From: a virus
IMG/VR virus record: IMGVR_UViG_3300037132_000276
Span: 1-64,000 of that record
Length of the DNA: 64,000 nt
Strand: one strand, 5' to 3'
The notes beneath the pieces are model-generated. The model had not been told where the DNA came from. It saw only the letters and a list, made by a program, of their open reading frames with translations, and did not search any database. Shown piece by piece: positions 36,456 through 46,366 of the stretch; position 1 is the first letter of the stretch; each line of letters opens with the position of its first letter. A program made the translations under genes and the position numbers.

Positions 36456-36794
36456 CTATTGTAGTTCATCTTTTATCCACGCACCAACAAGTTTGCCAAC
36501 CTCATCAATTTTCAGTTGTGAAACTCTATGCTTTTGAGAATCTATATATTTCAACTCAAACGCAAGGTTCACAAACTGTCTTAAAACTTCATGTTTCACA
36601 TTAAGCTCGCTGATCGTTGTCTTTTTGTGAAACCGCTTATTAACCGTTATGGCGGATTCAAATATTTCATATCCAAGCTCCCTTATTTTATTTGCCATCA
36701 AATATTTTTCACTTTTCGGAAATTGCATAACCATAATGTGGTTATACAAAATCATATCCCGAATTTTCTTTACTATTAATAAATGTTCAGCCAT
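36456..36794 (-). CDS. avd: DGR accessory variability determinant
   Basis: Four-helix bundle pattern FPKSEKY.MA..IR...L..ELKYI...EVGKLVGAW; lies between VR and TR. Confidence 0.93.
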   Translation of the reverse strand: MAEHLLIVKKIRDMILYNHIMVMQFPKSEKYLMANKIRELGYEIFESAITVNKRFHKKTTISELNVKHEVLRQFVNLAFELKYIDSQKHRVSQLKIDEVGKLVGAWIKDELQ

Positions 36795-36824
36795 TTCTAT
36801 CCTATCACCATAAAAAAAATATAA

Positions 36825-36848
36825 GGGGATTCGCTACCGCTCATCCCC
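36825..36848 (-). promoter_or_regulatory. DGR target-recognition hairpin/cruciform downstream of VR
   Basis: Minus strand GGGGAT-GAGCGGTAGCGA-ATCCCC, 5 nt after the target stop. Confidence 0.8.
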
Positions 36849-36853
36849 ACATC

Positions 36854-38593
36854 TTAAACGTAAAGGCAGGAACGCGCCGAAAAAGAGTTGTAGCTGTACG
36901 TCCGAAAGCTGACCAAATAGAGAAACCAGACACCCGCAAACGCCGTGTTGTTCCAACTGCCGAAGCGTAGCGGACACAACTCAGAAACGATATATTGATA
37001 GAAATAATCTGTTCCAAATTTATTAGTGCCACTAGGACTTACGGAATTATAGTTCAAAGGCAATCCACAAGCTGTAAGTTTATAAGCATTGGTTGTTCTG
37101 CTTGTCGAGAATCCAAATACTTGATTTGTGCTATTCCCGTATAATTGACCGACAGGCCCATCCCGAAATATGGGCGTTAATAGGTCAAAGTTTGCGGCAA
37201 TAAATGTCGAGTTAAAATGATCTGAAGTTGTTACGCTATTACCGCCGGTAACATTCGCAAGAGCAACGCTTTCTTTTAATGCATAAAAACTACCCGTGGT
37301 GGCTGTAAACCCGGTTCCGGAATAATCAGCTGATAGTCCCGAACTATTAACATAACTGCTGTCATAATTACGTTGTAAATAAAAAGTATTAGCATCGATA
37401 ACGTTGACGGTAAAGAATGAGCCACCTATTAAATTATTCCACTCGGTTGTTGCTGCGCCGCCTGTCATTATCTGTATACCCGAAGTGTAACCATGTGTGG
37501 CAATTGTAAAAACTGCTTGAGCGGCGCGGGTAATTGCCGTGATATTTTTTGCCACAACATTGGCGGTCGTTAGCCCCTGGGCGACGATCCACTGATTGCC
37601 GTTAATATCGGAAACACCACAATTTTGACCATTGTGGGTTGTCTTTGAAAAAGTTGAACCACTTCCGGTTTTCTTTGCCGCTGTTTGCGTGCTCCAATAA
37701 CTATCGGTACATATTGTGAAGGTCACCGTTGCATCGTTAACGTCAGCGGTTGTATTATTACAGCCTTTCGGGAAGTTGATGGCCCCAGTCCCATCATACC
37801 ATGCGCAATATGCGGTACTTGTTGCCGTTTGTCCGTGTGCTAAGCTCAGTAATGCGATTGCATCGAGGATAAAAATTGATGTGGCGGCAAAATTATTACC
37901 ACGGGATTTAGCTGCTGCCCAAGCCCCGCCTAGATTATCTGCCGGCGCCTGTCCGTTGCTTTTACAATTGGAGAAACTTCCTGCATAAGCGTTGCTTCCA
38001 TTATTGTTTGTCGTTGCCGCTGAAGAAATTGGATTGCCGTTTTTAATCGATGATGCTATGCCCGCGGTGTTGTAAACAAAATTAGTCATTGACCAATCGT
38101 ATTTATCGAGGAAGAACCCTTCTTTAATAGATCCGCCGTCGACAAATGATCTATGAAGCGCGAAACTTGCCGCATTTGCATCTGTTTCATTTGCAAATGA
38201 GCGCTCGCCTAGTATATAAAGCGTATTATCAGAATTATACTTATAATAGAACTTCGGCACCCATACCATTATCGAATTATCGGTTAAACACAGATAATTT
38301 CCATAATTGTCGTTGCCGATGGTGAACGTTCCGGAAAGCGGAATCATATACGCGGGCAAAAGACTTGCCGGGCAGATACCGACTCCGAATCCTTGCCCCC
38401 CTTGAATCCCTATGTCGTTGACCGCGGTTGGAAATCCGGCTTTCGCCAGCACTACTTGAGGACTTATACGCTTTAATTTGTTACTTAAATTTGTTTCGCT
38501 CGCATCTAAGACCAACAACGTGTCGTTGTTGAGATCAATGTCATAAAGAAGATCAAGCGTATCAACGTTCTTACCCACTATTTCTGTTGCCAT
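36854..38593 (-). CDS. DGR target: receptor-binding/tail protein with C-terminal C-type-lectin-like variable region
   Basis: VR encodes the last ~40 aa (RFGSWNNTAFAGVW...FSARS); TTHNG..CGVSDINGN.W FGE/CLec-like motif. Confidence 0.93.
   Translation of the reverse strand: MATEIVGKNVDTLDLLYDIDLNNDTLLVLDASETNLSNKLKRISPQVVLAKAGFPTAVNDIGIQGGQGFGVGICPASLLPAYMIPLSGTFTIGNDNYGNYLCLTDNSIMVWVPKFYYKYNSDNTLYILGERSFANETDANAASFALHRSFVDGGSIKEGFFLDKYDWSMTNFVYNTAGIASSIKNGNPISSAATTNNNGSNAYAGSFSNCKSNGQAPADNLGGAWAAAKSRGNNFAATSIFILDAIALLSLAHGQTATSTAYCAWYDGTGAINFPKGCNNTTADVNDATVTFTICTDSYWSTQTAAKKTGSGSTFSKTTHNGQNCGVSDINGNQWIVAQGLTTANVVAKNITAITRAAQAVFTIATHGYTSGIQIMTGGAATTEWNNLIGGSFFTVNVIDANTFYLQRNYDSSYVNSSGLSADYSGTGFTATTGSFYALKESVALANVTGGNSVTTSDHFNSTFIAANFDLLTPIFRDGPVGQLYGNSTNQVFGFSTSRTTNAYKLTACGLPLNYNSVSPSGTNKFGTDYFYQYIVSELCPLRFGSWNNTAFAGVWFLYLVSFRTYSYNSFSARSCLYV
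36867..36978 (-). repeat. DGR variable repeat (VR)
   Basis: Ungapped 112-bp match to TR, with substitutions only at TR adenines. Confidence 0.97.
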
Positions 38594-38623
38594 TTTCTTA
38601 CCTCATCTATTTTGTTAAAATTG

Positions 38624-38863
38624 TTATAAACTGCTATATACTTTATTAATGCTTATATATGTCATGTTATCAGCAAGTAATAAATTTGTTTGACCATCGG
38701 GCAATTGTAATGTGGTTATTCCTACTAAGACAGAACTCTCCATCTGCAGGGCAATCTGCGTCCTTCCATCCGGGAGCAAAAGATAATCTCCGGCGGCCGT
38801 GGTTAGCACAATCCGCCTATTATTTTTTACTATCCTTCTCAGCAGAAGCAAAAGCCTTGACAT
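38624..38863 (-). CDS. Small LLxPDG-repeat protein, candidate adaptor for the DGR target
   Basis: 63-aa ungapped similarity to an insert in 41676-42386. Confidence 0.75.
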   Translation of the reverse strand: MSRLLLLLRRIVKNNRRIVLTTAAGDYLLLPDGRTQIALQMESSVLVGITTLQLPDGQTNLLLADNMTYISINKVYSSL

Positions 38864-38864
38864 A

Positions 38865-39206
38865 TTACCTCACTTCTATAAAGCTAAGTATTACACTTTT
38901 CCCATTTAATGAGCTATCAGTTGCCTTAAACCGGATGTAAGGCATATCGGCAAATGCAGACAAATCTATATGCACGCCTCTTAACTGGCCCAAGAAAACC
39001 GGTTCCGGATCTCCCAGCCGATCATAGTTGTCATACCAGGGACCATTCTCCAATACGGCAAGCTGTACGTTGACATTCTTCCCTTCAAAGGCCACATCGT
39101 CCGGACAAAGGATTCTACAAGCCGCACAATCATCAATATATGCCTCGTTTGTAGTATCCCCGGTAAATTTAAGTTCAATTGTTTTCTTATTAGACATTTG
39201 TTCCAC
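38865..39206 (-). CDS. Small beta-sandwich virion protein
   Basis: Coupled ORF in the tail module; PYIRF motif. Confidence 0.65.
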   Translation of the reverse strand: MEQMSNKKTIELKFTGDTTNEAYIDDCAACRILCPDDVAFEGKNVNVQLAVLENGPWYDNYDRLGDPEPVFLGQLRGVHIDLSAFADMPYIRFKATDSSLNGKSVILSFIEVR

Positions 39207-39213
39207 CTATATA

Positions 39214-40602
39214 TTATAATATCTGTTGTTGTTGCATCCCCACGCTTATCTGACGTGGATTGCTATTTGTGGTCAGCGCCACATTTAATGCTTCTATATA
39301 ATAGCTGTAAGTCACTCCGGGGGTAACCGCTGTGTCCGTCCAGGTTAATGCGGATGTTGTCGTAACTTGTTCGGTCCATGATCCGGTGCTTGGGTCAGCC
39401 GAATAACCGGTTAACTTAAAAACTTTATAATGATCGGCAGATGTTGAAGCATCCCATGCGACTACAACATTATACGTCCCAGCAGCATATGATAATTCAT
39501 GTTGCGAGAAAGTACTTGGCGGGGCTGTGGTGATGTTCTTGAAATCACTGTTTATCGTTCCGCCGCCGTTTACCGCTTTTATATAGTAACTGTAGGTATG
39601 ACCCAGAACTATTGTCGTATCCGAATAGGTTGTTCCCGTCAATCCGGTTGCAACCTGAGACCAACTGCCGGTTGTCGTGCTGGTATATATGCCTTCCGCC
39701 CTATAAACTTGATAGGATGTTGCGTATGTGCTTGCAGCCCAGCCGAGGCTTACCGCACTTCCGCTCATTGATGGCGCGCTCTGGGTAAATGCAGATGGTG
39801 CGTGTGTGGTGAGAATGCTTAGCAAGCCAGAGTTGGCAGCCCCACTTTCGTTACTCGATTGGATATAATAAGTATAAGTTGTATCCGCGGAAACCGTGGA
39901 ATCCGTATACGATAAACCCGATACCCCACTTGCGACTTGTGACCAGGTGCCGGTTAAAGTGTTGGTATAGGTGCCGGTGGCTCTAAATACTTTATATGCT
40001 GCTGCATATTGACTTGCCGTCCAGCTTAAGCTTACATTATTGCTTACCATTTGCGGCGTGCTCTGCGTAAAGCTTCCCGGAGGTGGCGCGGCAGCTGTTT
40101 CCCATTGCCAGACGATGTTCGCCAAAACATCTGACCAGGAAACACTTAATGTCATACTGTTATAATATTGGTATGGCCTATCGTCCCAATAATTAAGAAT
40201 GACCTGAAGAGAATAGTCAATGTAAATACTGCCGCCGCTTTGCACTGCTATGTTTGCAGCATTTGTTACGGCAATGTATGGAATATTAAAAGACGACAAG
40301 CTTCCCGTTGAAGAATTTATTCCAAGAGTTCTGCCGTCAACTATATAATAACTATATCCACCGATCGAAAATGAACCGCTCCCATAAGGAGGAACTGGCA
40401 TTGAAGTTGGATTAAGACTCCAAGACGCCTGGATATTTTGTAGATCAAAATACACGCCTATCAATCTTTTTTGTCTACCATAAGCATCAAGCGGGATTGT
40501 GGTGGACATACGCAAAAGAGATGCGAAAGCATGACCAGTACCATCATCAGAATTGCCATAACTTCCATGACAGATAATATTTGGATTTAAAGTCAAATTC
40601 AT
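39214..40602 (-). CDS. Virion protein with three fibronectin type III repeats
   Basis: Three copies of P..F.Q...V.L.W.AS..A..Y.V.R...W...YTD..V..G.TY.YYI.A.N. Confidence 0.88.
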   Translation of the reverse strand: MNLTLNPNIICHGSYGNSDDGTGHAFASLLRMSTTIPLDAYGRQKRLIGVYFDLQNIQASWSLNPTSMPVPPYGSGSFSIGGYSYYIVDGRTLGINSSTGSLSSFNIPYIAVTNAANIAVQSGGSIYIDYSLQVILNYWDDRPYQYYNSMTLSVSWSDVLANIVWQWETAAAPPPGSFTQSTPQMVSNNVSLSWTASQYAAAYKVFRATGTYTNTLTGTWSQVASGVSGLSYTDSTVSADTTYTYYIQSSNESGAANSGLLSILTTHAPSAFTQSAPSMSGSAVSLGWAASTYATSYQVYRAEGIYTSTTTGSWSQVATGLTGTTYSDTTIVLGHTYSYYIKAVNGGGTINSDFKNITTAPPSTFSQHELSYAAGTYNVVVAWDASTSADHYKVFKLTGYSADPSTGSWTEQVTTTSALTWTDTAVTPGVTYSYYIEALNVALTTNSNPRQISVGMQQQQIL

Positions 40603-41675
40603 ATTGAATATTCTAAACTAAGTGTGAAATACAAGTTTTTCGGCGTTCCGGTGACGGCGGTTATTACAAGCGCAATTTCATCGCCATCGCCGAGCAGTAT
40701 ATCGCTCGATGGCGTTGTTGTGGTCTTCGTTTGCGTTACCGATAGCCCGGTTAAGCCGGTAATATCTGATCCGTTTTTCTGTAATTTCACGGTTGCCGAA
40801 GTGCCGCTTAATATTTTGTATGTACATTTTTTAATTTTTATCGTCTGACCGTCCGGTTTACTTACCGCAAAAGGCATAATGACATAAAGATCCCCGGAAG
40901 CAACCTTCACTTCGTTTGTGATTGTAAATGTGTGCGATATATCTAAACTTGCTGGCGCTACAAGCCCCATTTGCAGGGTTATTAAATCGCGCATATCAGC
41001 GATGGAGGAAATAATACCTCCGACTACGGTCACATTTGCCAACAAATATTCATCAGCATCCAACGTGCCCGATTTTACGGATAGTTGGATTCCATTATGT
41101 TCGTAAATCAGATTATCTGCCGCTGCACTGATGGTATTTATGAAATAACCCCCGACGGAAAATTGGACTCCGGAAACCGATGCGTTTGGGAATGGGGTTT
41201 GCAAAACAGCTATTGTATCACTAGTAACATGGTCTATTTTGTAAATGCCGTTACCAAGAATGATACTTCTATTCTCTGCAAATATTTTTGTAAAGACAGT
41301 CCCAACTCCTGCTATTGCAGTATCTCCGCCTATAATTGATACTGTCCCATCCTCATAGTTATGCAGCTGATGTTTAAAAGCAATTTTATAAATTGTATCG
41401 GTTGATGGAATGGTTAGGCTATAATCTGCGACAAGTTTTACAGCAACCGGCTTACCATTTACGTCGAGGATTATAGCGTTCCCCGCTGTTACTTTTACCG
41501 TATTGTTTGTTAGCTGGCTTACCCCCCATCTGTCAAAACCAACAACGGCATTACGGATTATCCCGAAGTTGAGCGTCATGTTTAAAAACAGATCAAGTAC
41601 ATCTTTTTGTATTAACTCTTGCATCCGGTTAAATTCAATATCGCCATGTTTGAGAAAATTCTTGCTTGCAAACAT
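40599..41675 (-). CDS. Baseplate/tail fibre proximal protein
   Basis: Follows wedge genes; V.VTAG.A, G.GT.FT, LA.VTV...I.D.R motifs. Confidence 0.65.
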   Translation of the reverse strand: MFASKNFLKHGDIEFNRMQELIQKDVLDLFLNMTLNFGIIRNAVVGFDRWGVSQLTNNTVKVTAGNAIILDVNGKPVAVKLVADYSLTIPSTDTIYKIAFKHQLHNYEDGTVSIIGGDTAIAGVGTVFTKIFAENRSIILGNGIYKIDHVTSDTIAVLQTPFPNASVSGVQFSVGGYFINTISAAADNLIYEHNGIQLSVKSGTLDADEYLLANVTVVGGIISSIADMRDLITLQMGLVAPASLDISHTFTITNEVKVASGDLYVIMPFAVSKPDGQTIKIKKCTYKILSGTSATVKLQKNGSDITGLTGLSVTQTKTTTTPSSDILLGDGDEIALVITAVTGTPKNLYFTLSLEYSI

Positions 41676-42386
41676 TTAGTCACCTGTAAAAATTATATTT
41701 GTATTGATTGGTATTACCGATTTTAGAATCATTTCGTTATCGGGCTCTCTTCGAACTATATAGCCTCTATCAGTGGGGTAAAACTCAATTAAGTTTTCTG
41801 CGCCAACAAAATTGTTATCGCCGAAATTTGTCACACCGGTTATTATGCCGGTATCTTCAAAATCGTGAAAATAAAGAGCACTTTCTTTCAAGCCAAACAT
41901 TGCCTCTAAATCTTGTTTGATCCCCTTTTCGGTCCCGCGCTGCGTTAAATAATTAAGTCGGTTCAATAATCGGTTTTTTATCGGCTCTTCCTCAGTATAT
42001 GTTTCACTTAATGTTAAATATGTACTGCCATCAGGCAATAGTAAAACCGTATCCTCGCTTGGCAGTTCAACACAATTTAACTGTTCAAACCCCAAATCCT
42101 CATTTCTGATCACAAGCGGCGTTATGCCGTCAGGCATCAACAAAATATCGTCTCCGGGAGATGACACACATAATCGTTTATTATTATAAAATATTTTACT
42201 TTCTAAGGCATTTAGCAAAAGTCCTTTGCCCATCCAGTCTGCGTCACGCAAAGCACCCGCTTCAGTGGACAACTCCAAGAGTCGGTTCGCAATTGTTTTT
42301 AACAGCGCGTCTCTAACCTCGCTTTGGACAATAAAGGGCGGTAAATATTTTTTAAGTTTGTCTATATATGCATCTTGCGTCATCAT
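41676..42386 (-). CDS. Baseplate wedge protein (gpI-like) with inserted 63-aa module
   Basis: LKKYLPPF N-terminus, RGTEKGIK; directly downstream of baseplate J. Confidence 0.7.
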   Translation of the reverse strand: MMTQDAYIDKLKKYLPPFIVQSEVRDALLKTIANRLLELSTEAGALRDADWMGKGLLLNALESKIFYNNKRLCVSSPGDDILLMPDGITPLVIRNEDLGFEQLNCVELPSEDTVLLLPDGSTYLTLSETYTEEEPIKNRLLNRLNYLTQRGTEKGIKQDLEAMFGLKESALYFHDFEDTGIITGVTNFGDNNFVGAENLIEFYPTDRGYIVRREPDNEMILKSVIPINTNIIFTGD

Positions 42387-43531
42387 ATGATCAGGTAACT
42401 CTGTGTAATTGGTTGTGTCGTTATATTGTTTAATGTATCGAGTATCCCCAGATAAGTAAATACGGGCACTTCTTCAGCGCCGCATTGTACATTATCACGT
42501 GCATTATTGACAAAAAACCCGCTTAAGTCAATGCCAATAACACCCTCGGCTTTCATTACCTCGGTTATCAGATTATTATAGTTTATCGCCGCACCGAAAT
42601 CAAATACCGAAGCAACATAATCTGCTATCTTCGTTGCGATGTTGGCGAATGCGGTTATTGGACTGTAGCCTGACTGTAAAAAGATCGGTCCGCTTATTTC
42701 AATGCTTTTTCGTGAAGCATTAATACAAGTTATTTTTTGAAGTGCTCGCTGATTAGCATAGATATAATCAGCAATCGCCGTTAAATCACCTGCCGTATAG
42801 TCACTCAGATTATTTTTTACTAACGAAACAATTATTGAACTATTCGATAAAAGCAATGGTTTGGAAAGCAAAACCGTTTCATTTGCCGCCCTGGCGCATG
42901 CTTCATAAAACGCTTGTGTGCCCTGTGCGAGCAAATCAATTTGGGAAAGTATTCTTGTCCTTAGATCTTCGTCGCTTTCGGCATCTGCGCCGCCTTGAGA
43001 AGGGGCTAAATTTGTCACCGTAACGCCTGTAATTGGGATCAACAATGCGGCAAGTTCATTGGACGCGACTTGTGTGTTGCCCCCCGTTGTCAAGCTTTCG
43101 GATAGGACTATATCTCCAATGCTCGCGGCATTTATCGGCCGCTGTATGTTGGGATTTGCTGCGCCAAGAGTAATCGCGCTTAGCGTTTGATATTGAAGAG
43201 AGGAGTTTACCGAAGAGACAACAATTGTATTGACGGGTATTACCGTTTCCGCTGGTCCGTTAAATAACAAAATAGCACTACTAGTATTCGCCCCTAAACG
43301 AATAAGCTCCCATCTCGAAGCCAAAAGGTCAAGATCGTCACCGGCAGCGGTTGTAACAAACAGTCCCCGTTTGATCTGAAAGATGTCCGTCCACGCTTCG
43401 ACCAATGCGTTTGCTGCGGCATTTAATATTCCTCTGACCGCACCGTCTTTACCAAAATATGTTACCAGATCCGTTTCCGAAATAACATCGCCAGTCATAT
43501 CCTGCAGTATTTGATCTTTGGTTTTTATCAT
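42383..43531 (-). CDS. Baseplate J-like protein
   Basis: TAAGDDLDLLA, GGADAESDEDLRTRI, GT..Y. Confidence 0.93.
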   Translation of the reverse strand: MIKTKDQILQDMTGDVISETDLVTYFGKDGAVRGILNAAANALVEAWTDIFQIKRGLFVTTAAGDDLDLLASRWELIRLGANTSSAILLFNGPAETVIPVNTIVVSSVNSSLQYQTLSAITLGAANPNIQRPINAASIGDIVLSESLTTGGNTQVASNELAALLIPITGVTVTNLAPSQGGADAESDEDLRTRILSQIDLLAQGTQAFYEACARAANETVLLSKPLLLSNSSIIVSLVKNNLSDYTAGDLTAIADYIYANQRALQKITCINASRKSIEISGPIFLQSGYSPITAFANIATKIADYVASVFDFGAAINYNNLITEVMKAEGVIGIDLSGFFVNNARDNVQCGAEEVPVFTYLGILDTLNNITTQPITQSYLII

Positions 43532-43565
43532 TTTTAAGCTCTTGTAAACTTCTGTATGTTATGTT

Positions 43566-44363
43566 TTATATTACTACTGTAATATTATTTAGTGCTTGCA
43601 TTTCACTATGTATTGTTATTCCGTTTTGTGCTCTTTCTACGGTTAAATTATCTATGCTCACAATTCTTTTATCAAGATTTAATTGATTGGTTATCTCGAG
43701 CAAATACATTCCTTGAATTAATTCGAGAGGCAGTTCGCTACCAACCAGACTTCTCACTCCGAACTCATCTTCATATGGATATGCTAACGAATCTGTCATC
43801 AGTCTATTCATTACCCCTTGAGCAACTGTGTCCTGCGGCTCGAGTATCACCAGATCACCATTAACACATTTTAGATCATTCTGCGCATCTTTTCCCAAAA
43901 CCAATATTCCTTCCTGAGAACCGAATGTTGGTATATCATCATAGACCTTAGTCATCTCGCCCGTCCCGCCATTATCATCTAGCTCAACTTTTAGGACTAA
44001 ACCCGGCTCAAATTCCGATGTTGTGATATTATTTTTCTTCAGCAGATCTTCTAATGTCATTTTATATTTTAGCGCAATTCCCGTTGGCGTTTCAAAGGCG
44101 CTAACTATGTGCGTTATATTAATTTTTTGTGATGTTGGTGATACGCTCTTGGCAATAAACGCCTCTTTGCTCAGCCGCATAAATTTATGAACTGCCAACA
44201 TCTTCAAGATGTTTCTCCGCGTGTTGTTTAGATCCGCCAACATTTGAGTATAATTAATTGCATCGTATTCATCCGCCATACTTCGCTGTACGTCAACGAT
44301 TGCCAAATCGATTTGACGTAATGCTTCCCCAAGTTGAGTATAATATTCTGCCGCTGTTGTCAT
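43566..44363 (-). CDS. LysM-containing baseplate protein with gp25-like C-terminus
   Basis: HIVSAFETPTGIALKYKMTLEDLLKKNNI (LysM); GDLV..RL.T..FG..DKRI. Confidence 0.75.
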   Translation of the reverse strand: MTTAAEYYTQLGEALRQIDLAIVDVQRSMADEYDAINYTQMLADLNNTRRNILKMLAVHKFMRLSKEAFIAKSVSPTSQKINITHIVSAFETPTGIALKYKMTLEDLLKKNNITTSEFEPGLVLKVELDDNGGTGEMTKVYDDIPTFGSQEGILVLGKDAQNDLKCVNGDLVILEPQDTVAQGVMNRLMTDSLAYPYEDEFGVRSLVGSELPLELIQGMYLLEITNQLNLDKRIVSIDNLTVERAQNGITIHSEMQALNNITVVI

Positions 44364-44369
44364 AATTTC

Positions 44370-45137
44370 TTAAAATAGTTTTGCTGTTACATTTGAATAA
44401 GTTCTTGAAATTCCGCCGTTTGTTATTCCGCTTATGAAGTTAGATGCACTATTTATTGTGGCTGCCGTTATTTGTAGGCCTGCAACTCCCGCACCTATCC
44501 ACTTGGTTACGCCCTCGGCTCCGGCTAATACAGAGTTTACTGAAGCTAGTCCAGCATCCAACATCCCGCCGGGCATTGCAAGATTTTTTAATCCGATTAA
44601 CAACGGATCCAAGCCCTCTGCTTTAATCAAATCGCCAATTATTAAGAAGTCCAAGCTGTAACGCGGAAGCTGGGTATTCTCTTTTGCGTTCGCGTGTAAG
44701 TTCCAAGTTTCAATATTAATGTTACCAAACCGATGAAACCAAAAATCATAATAGTTAAGAGCATATATATAGGGCGAAGCGTCATTGGGGAATTTCGATT
44801 CCTTGCTTTTTCGGATAATGCTTTCTTCAAATTGAGAAAGTCTCGTAAAACCATCCATGACCGTACCCGCAACATAACGAGGCTCAATGCCAAAATGACC
44901 GTTAATGCTACATCTTTCCGGTTGGTAAGCATATCTATTCAAGAAAACCCTGCTGTCCGTCTGTGTCATTGCATCGCGGCTCATCAGCCTGTATTGGAAC
45001 TGCTGGGGCATAACCGCTAAATAAATTGTATCCTCTACAATTGCCCGATAATTACCATTCATATAATCGTTAAGCCCGACCTTTATGAGTTCGAATACGA
45101 TATATTTTAATTTTGGTAAGCTAAACATCTGTTTCAA
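44370..45137 (-). CDS. Baseplate/tube-initiator-like protein
   Basis: Position in baseplate cluster; MPQQF...R..TQT pattern. Confidence 0.55.
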   Translation of the reverse strand: MKQMFSLPKLKYIVFELIKVGLNDYMNGNYRAIVEDTIYLAVMPQQFQYRLMSRDAMTQTDSRVFLNRYAYQPERCSINGHFGIEPRYVAGTVMDGFTRLSQFEESIIRKSKESKFPNDASPYIYALNYYDFWFHRFGNINIETWNLHANAKENTQLPRYSLDFLIIGDLIKAEGLDPLLIGLKNLAMPGGMLDAGLASVNSVLAGAEGVTKWIGAGVAGLQITAATINSASNFISGITNGGISRTYSNVTAKLF

Positions 45138-45391
45138 GAGATTGTCCCTCCGCTTGCCGTACCACCCGTTAATGTGCCATTTGCAGGAGTTGAACCGGTT
45201 ACCGATCCCGCGGAAAAAGAGACTTCACCGCTTTTTACAAAGGTCTCTATAGCGTTTGCAATTGTAGTCCCCAAATTATTTGCCGCGGCCTCCGCCGCTG
45301 CTTTTGCGTCTGCATCGGCATTAGACTGATTAACGTTTGCTTTTAATGCATTTTGTATTGTTGTGGTTAATGTGCTGGTATCAAGTGCCAT
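45134..45391 (-). CDS. Small Ala/Gly/Thr-rich virion protein
   Basis: IANAIETFVKSGEV motif; baseplate cluster. Confidence 0.65.
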   Translation of the reverse strand: MALDTSTLTTTIQNALKANVNQSNADADAKAAAEAAANNLGTTIANAIETFVKSGEVSFSAGSVTGSTPANGTLTGGTASGGTIS

Positions 45392-45466
45392 CGCTCGCTC
45401 GGGGTGGAATACAATTTTGTAAAATACATTTGTCTAAATACGAATGATAAATAAGAAATTGCCATC

Positions 45467-45502
45467 TGGCTTTTGGTGTGAATTATGCAAAAACTATTGA
45501 GT
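45467..45502 (-). promoter_or_regulatory. Repeated late-region element, copy 1 (36 bp identical to 56560-56595)
   Basis: TGGCTTTTGGTGTGAATTATGCAAAAACTATTGAGT, with further imperfect similarity over ~45 bp. Confidence 0.65.
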
Positions 45503-46366
45503 ATCCATGAATGAACTTAATCTTTGGGTGATAGCATCAAATTGTGCCTTGTTCATCGGCGGGCTTATAGTGGGGCCCCCAGGACTGTTATTCGTCATTG
45601 CACAAATTGCCGTTATCAAATCATCGAGGATCTTCTTTAAAGTTTCGTCCTTCCCAACGCGGACAGTCGCCGTTTCGAACACTAAGCCCGTTTTATTAGC
45701 TAAAATGATATTCCCATGTTTATCTTTAAGCTTGAATTTTTCATCATCCTTAGTGTTATCGAAAAGCAACTGGGTGTATGTTGTTTTCCCATCTGCTGTT
45801 TGCAAATTCAGCGCAAACTTACCGTTTAAGGATAGCGAGAAATTACCGTTTGCCGCCTGATCACCCTCGATTTTTATCCCGACATTTCCATTTGTTTTTT
45901 TGCCTTTTAGGTAAAGAAATAAATTACCTTGCCCATCTTCTGTAAAAGAATAAAATCGATTATCATTATTTCGGCTTTTTTGTTTTTCCTGGATCTTATC
46001 ATAGTCCGTTGGCTGGGGATTAAGGACGGCGTCGACGTGGTTTAACGTGAGATCTTGTACTGGGCCAAAAACGACAACCCGGGCGTCAGTGCTGTTTAAA
46101 TAAGAATATAAAACACTTGCTCCATATTCCCGTATGGCACCCGACTCATCTATCAAATAAGGTTTTGGTAGATTCTTCTCGCCATTCTGAAAGTCCCATT
46201 CGCGTGTGAGAAAAAGAACCCGATCCAATGTCACTTCATGTTGTTGGGCGTCTCTAAATATTGTATTCCGGGTTTTTTGATAAAAGATAAATGCCCCGAT
46301 CTGTAAATCTAATTTAGGATTTATCTTTTCTCTACCAGATAAATTTTTCTTAAACCCGTCGCTCAT
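45494..46366 (-). CDS. Baseplate spike/puncturing-type protein
   Basis: Follows hub gene; beta-rich middle; LKKILDDLITAI...GPT.SPP.N C-terminus. Confidence 0.6.
   Translation of the reverse strand: MSDGFKKNLSGREKINPKLDLQIGAFIFYQKTRNTIFRDAQQHEVTLDRVLFLTREWDFQNGEKNLPKPYLIDESGAIREYGASVLYSYLNSTDARVVVFGPVQDLTLNHVDAVLNPQPTDYDKIQEKQKSRNNDNRFYSFTEDGQGNLFLYLKGKKTNGNVGIKIEGDQAANGNFSLSLNGKFALNLQTADGKTTYTQLLFDNTKDDEKFKLKDKHGNIILANKTGLVFETATVRVGKDETLKKILDDLITAICAMTNNSPGGPTISPPMNKAQFDAITQRLSSFMDTQ

Noticed and set aside
36299-36604. Plus-strand 101-aa ORF over TR and avd
   Set aside because: Antisense by-product of the AAC-rich TR (GTT codons); overlaps avd on the opposite strand.
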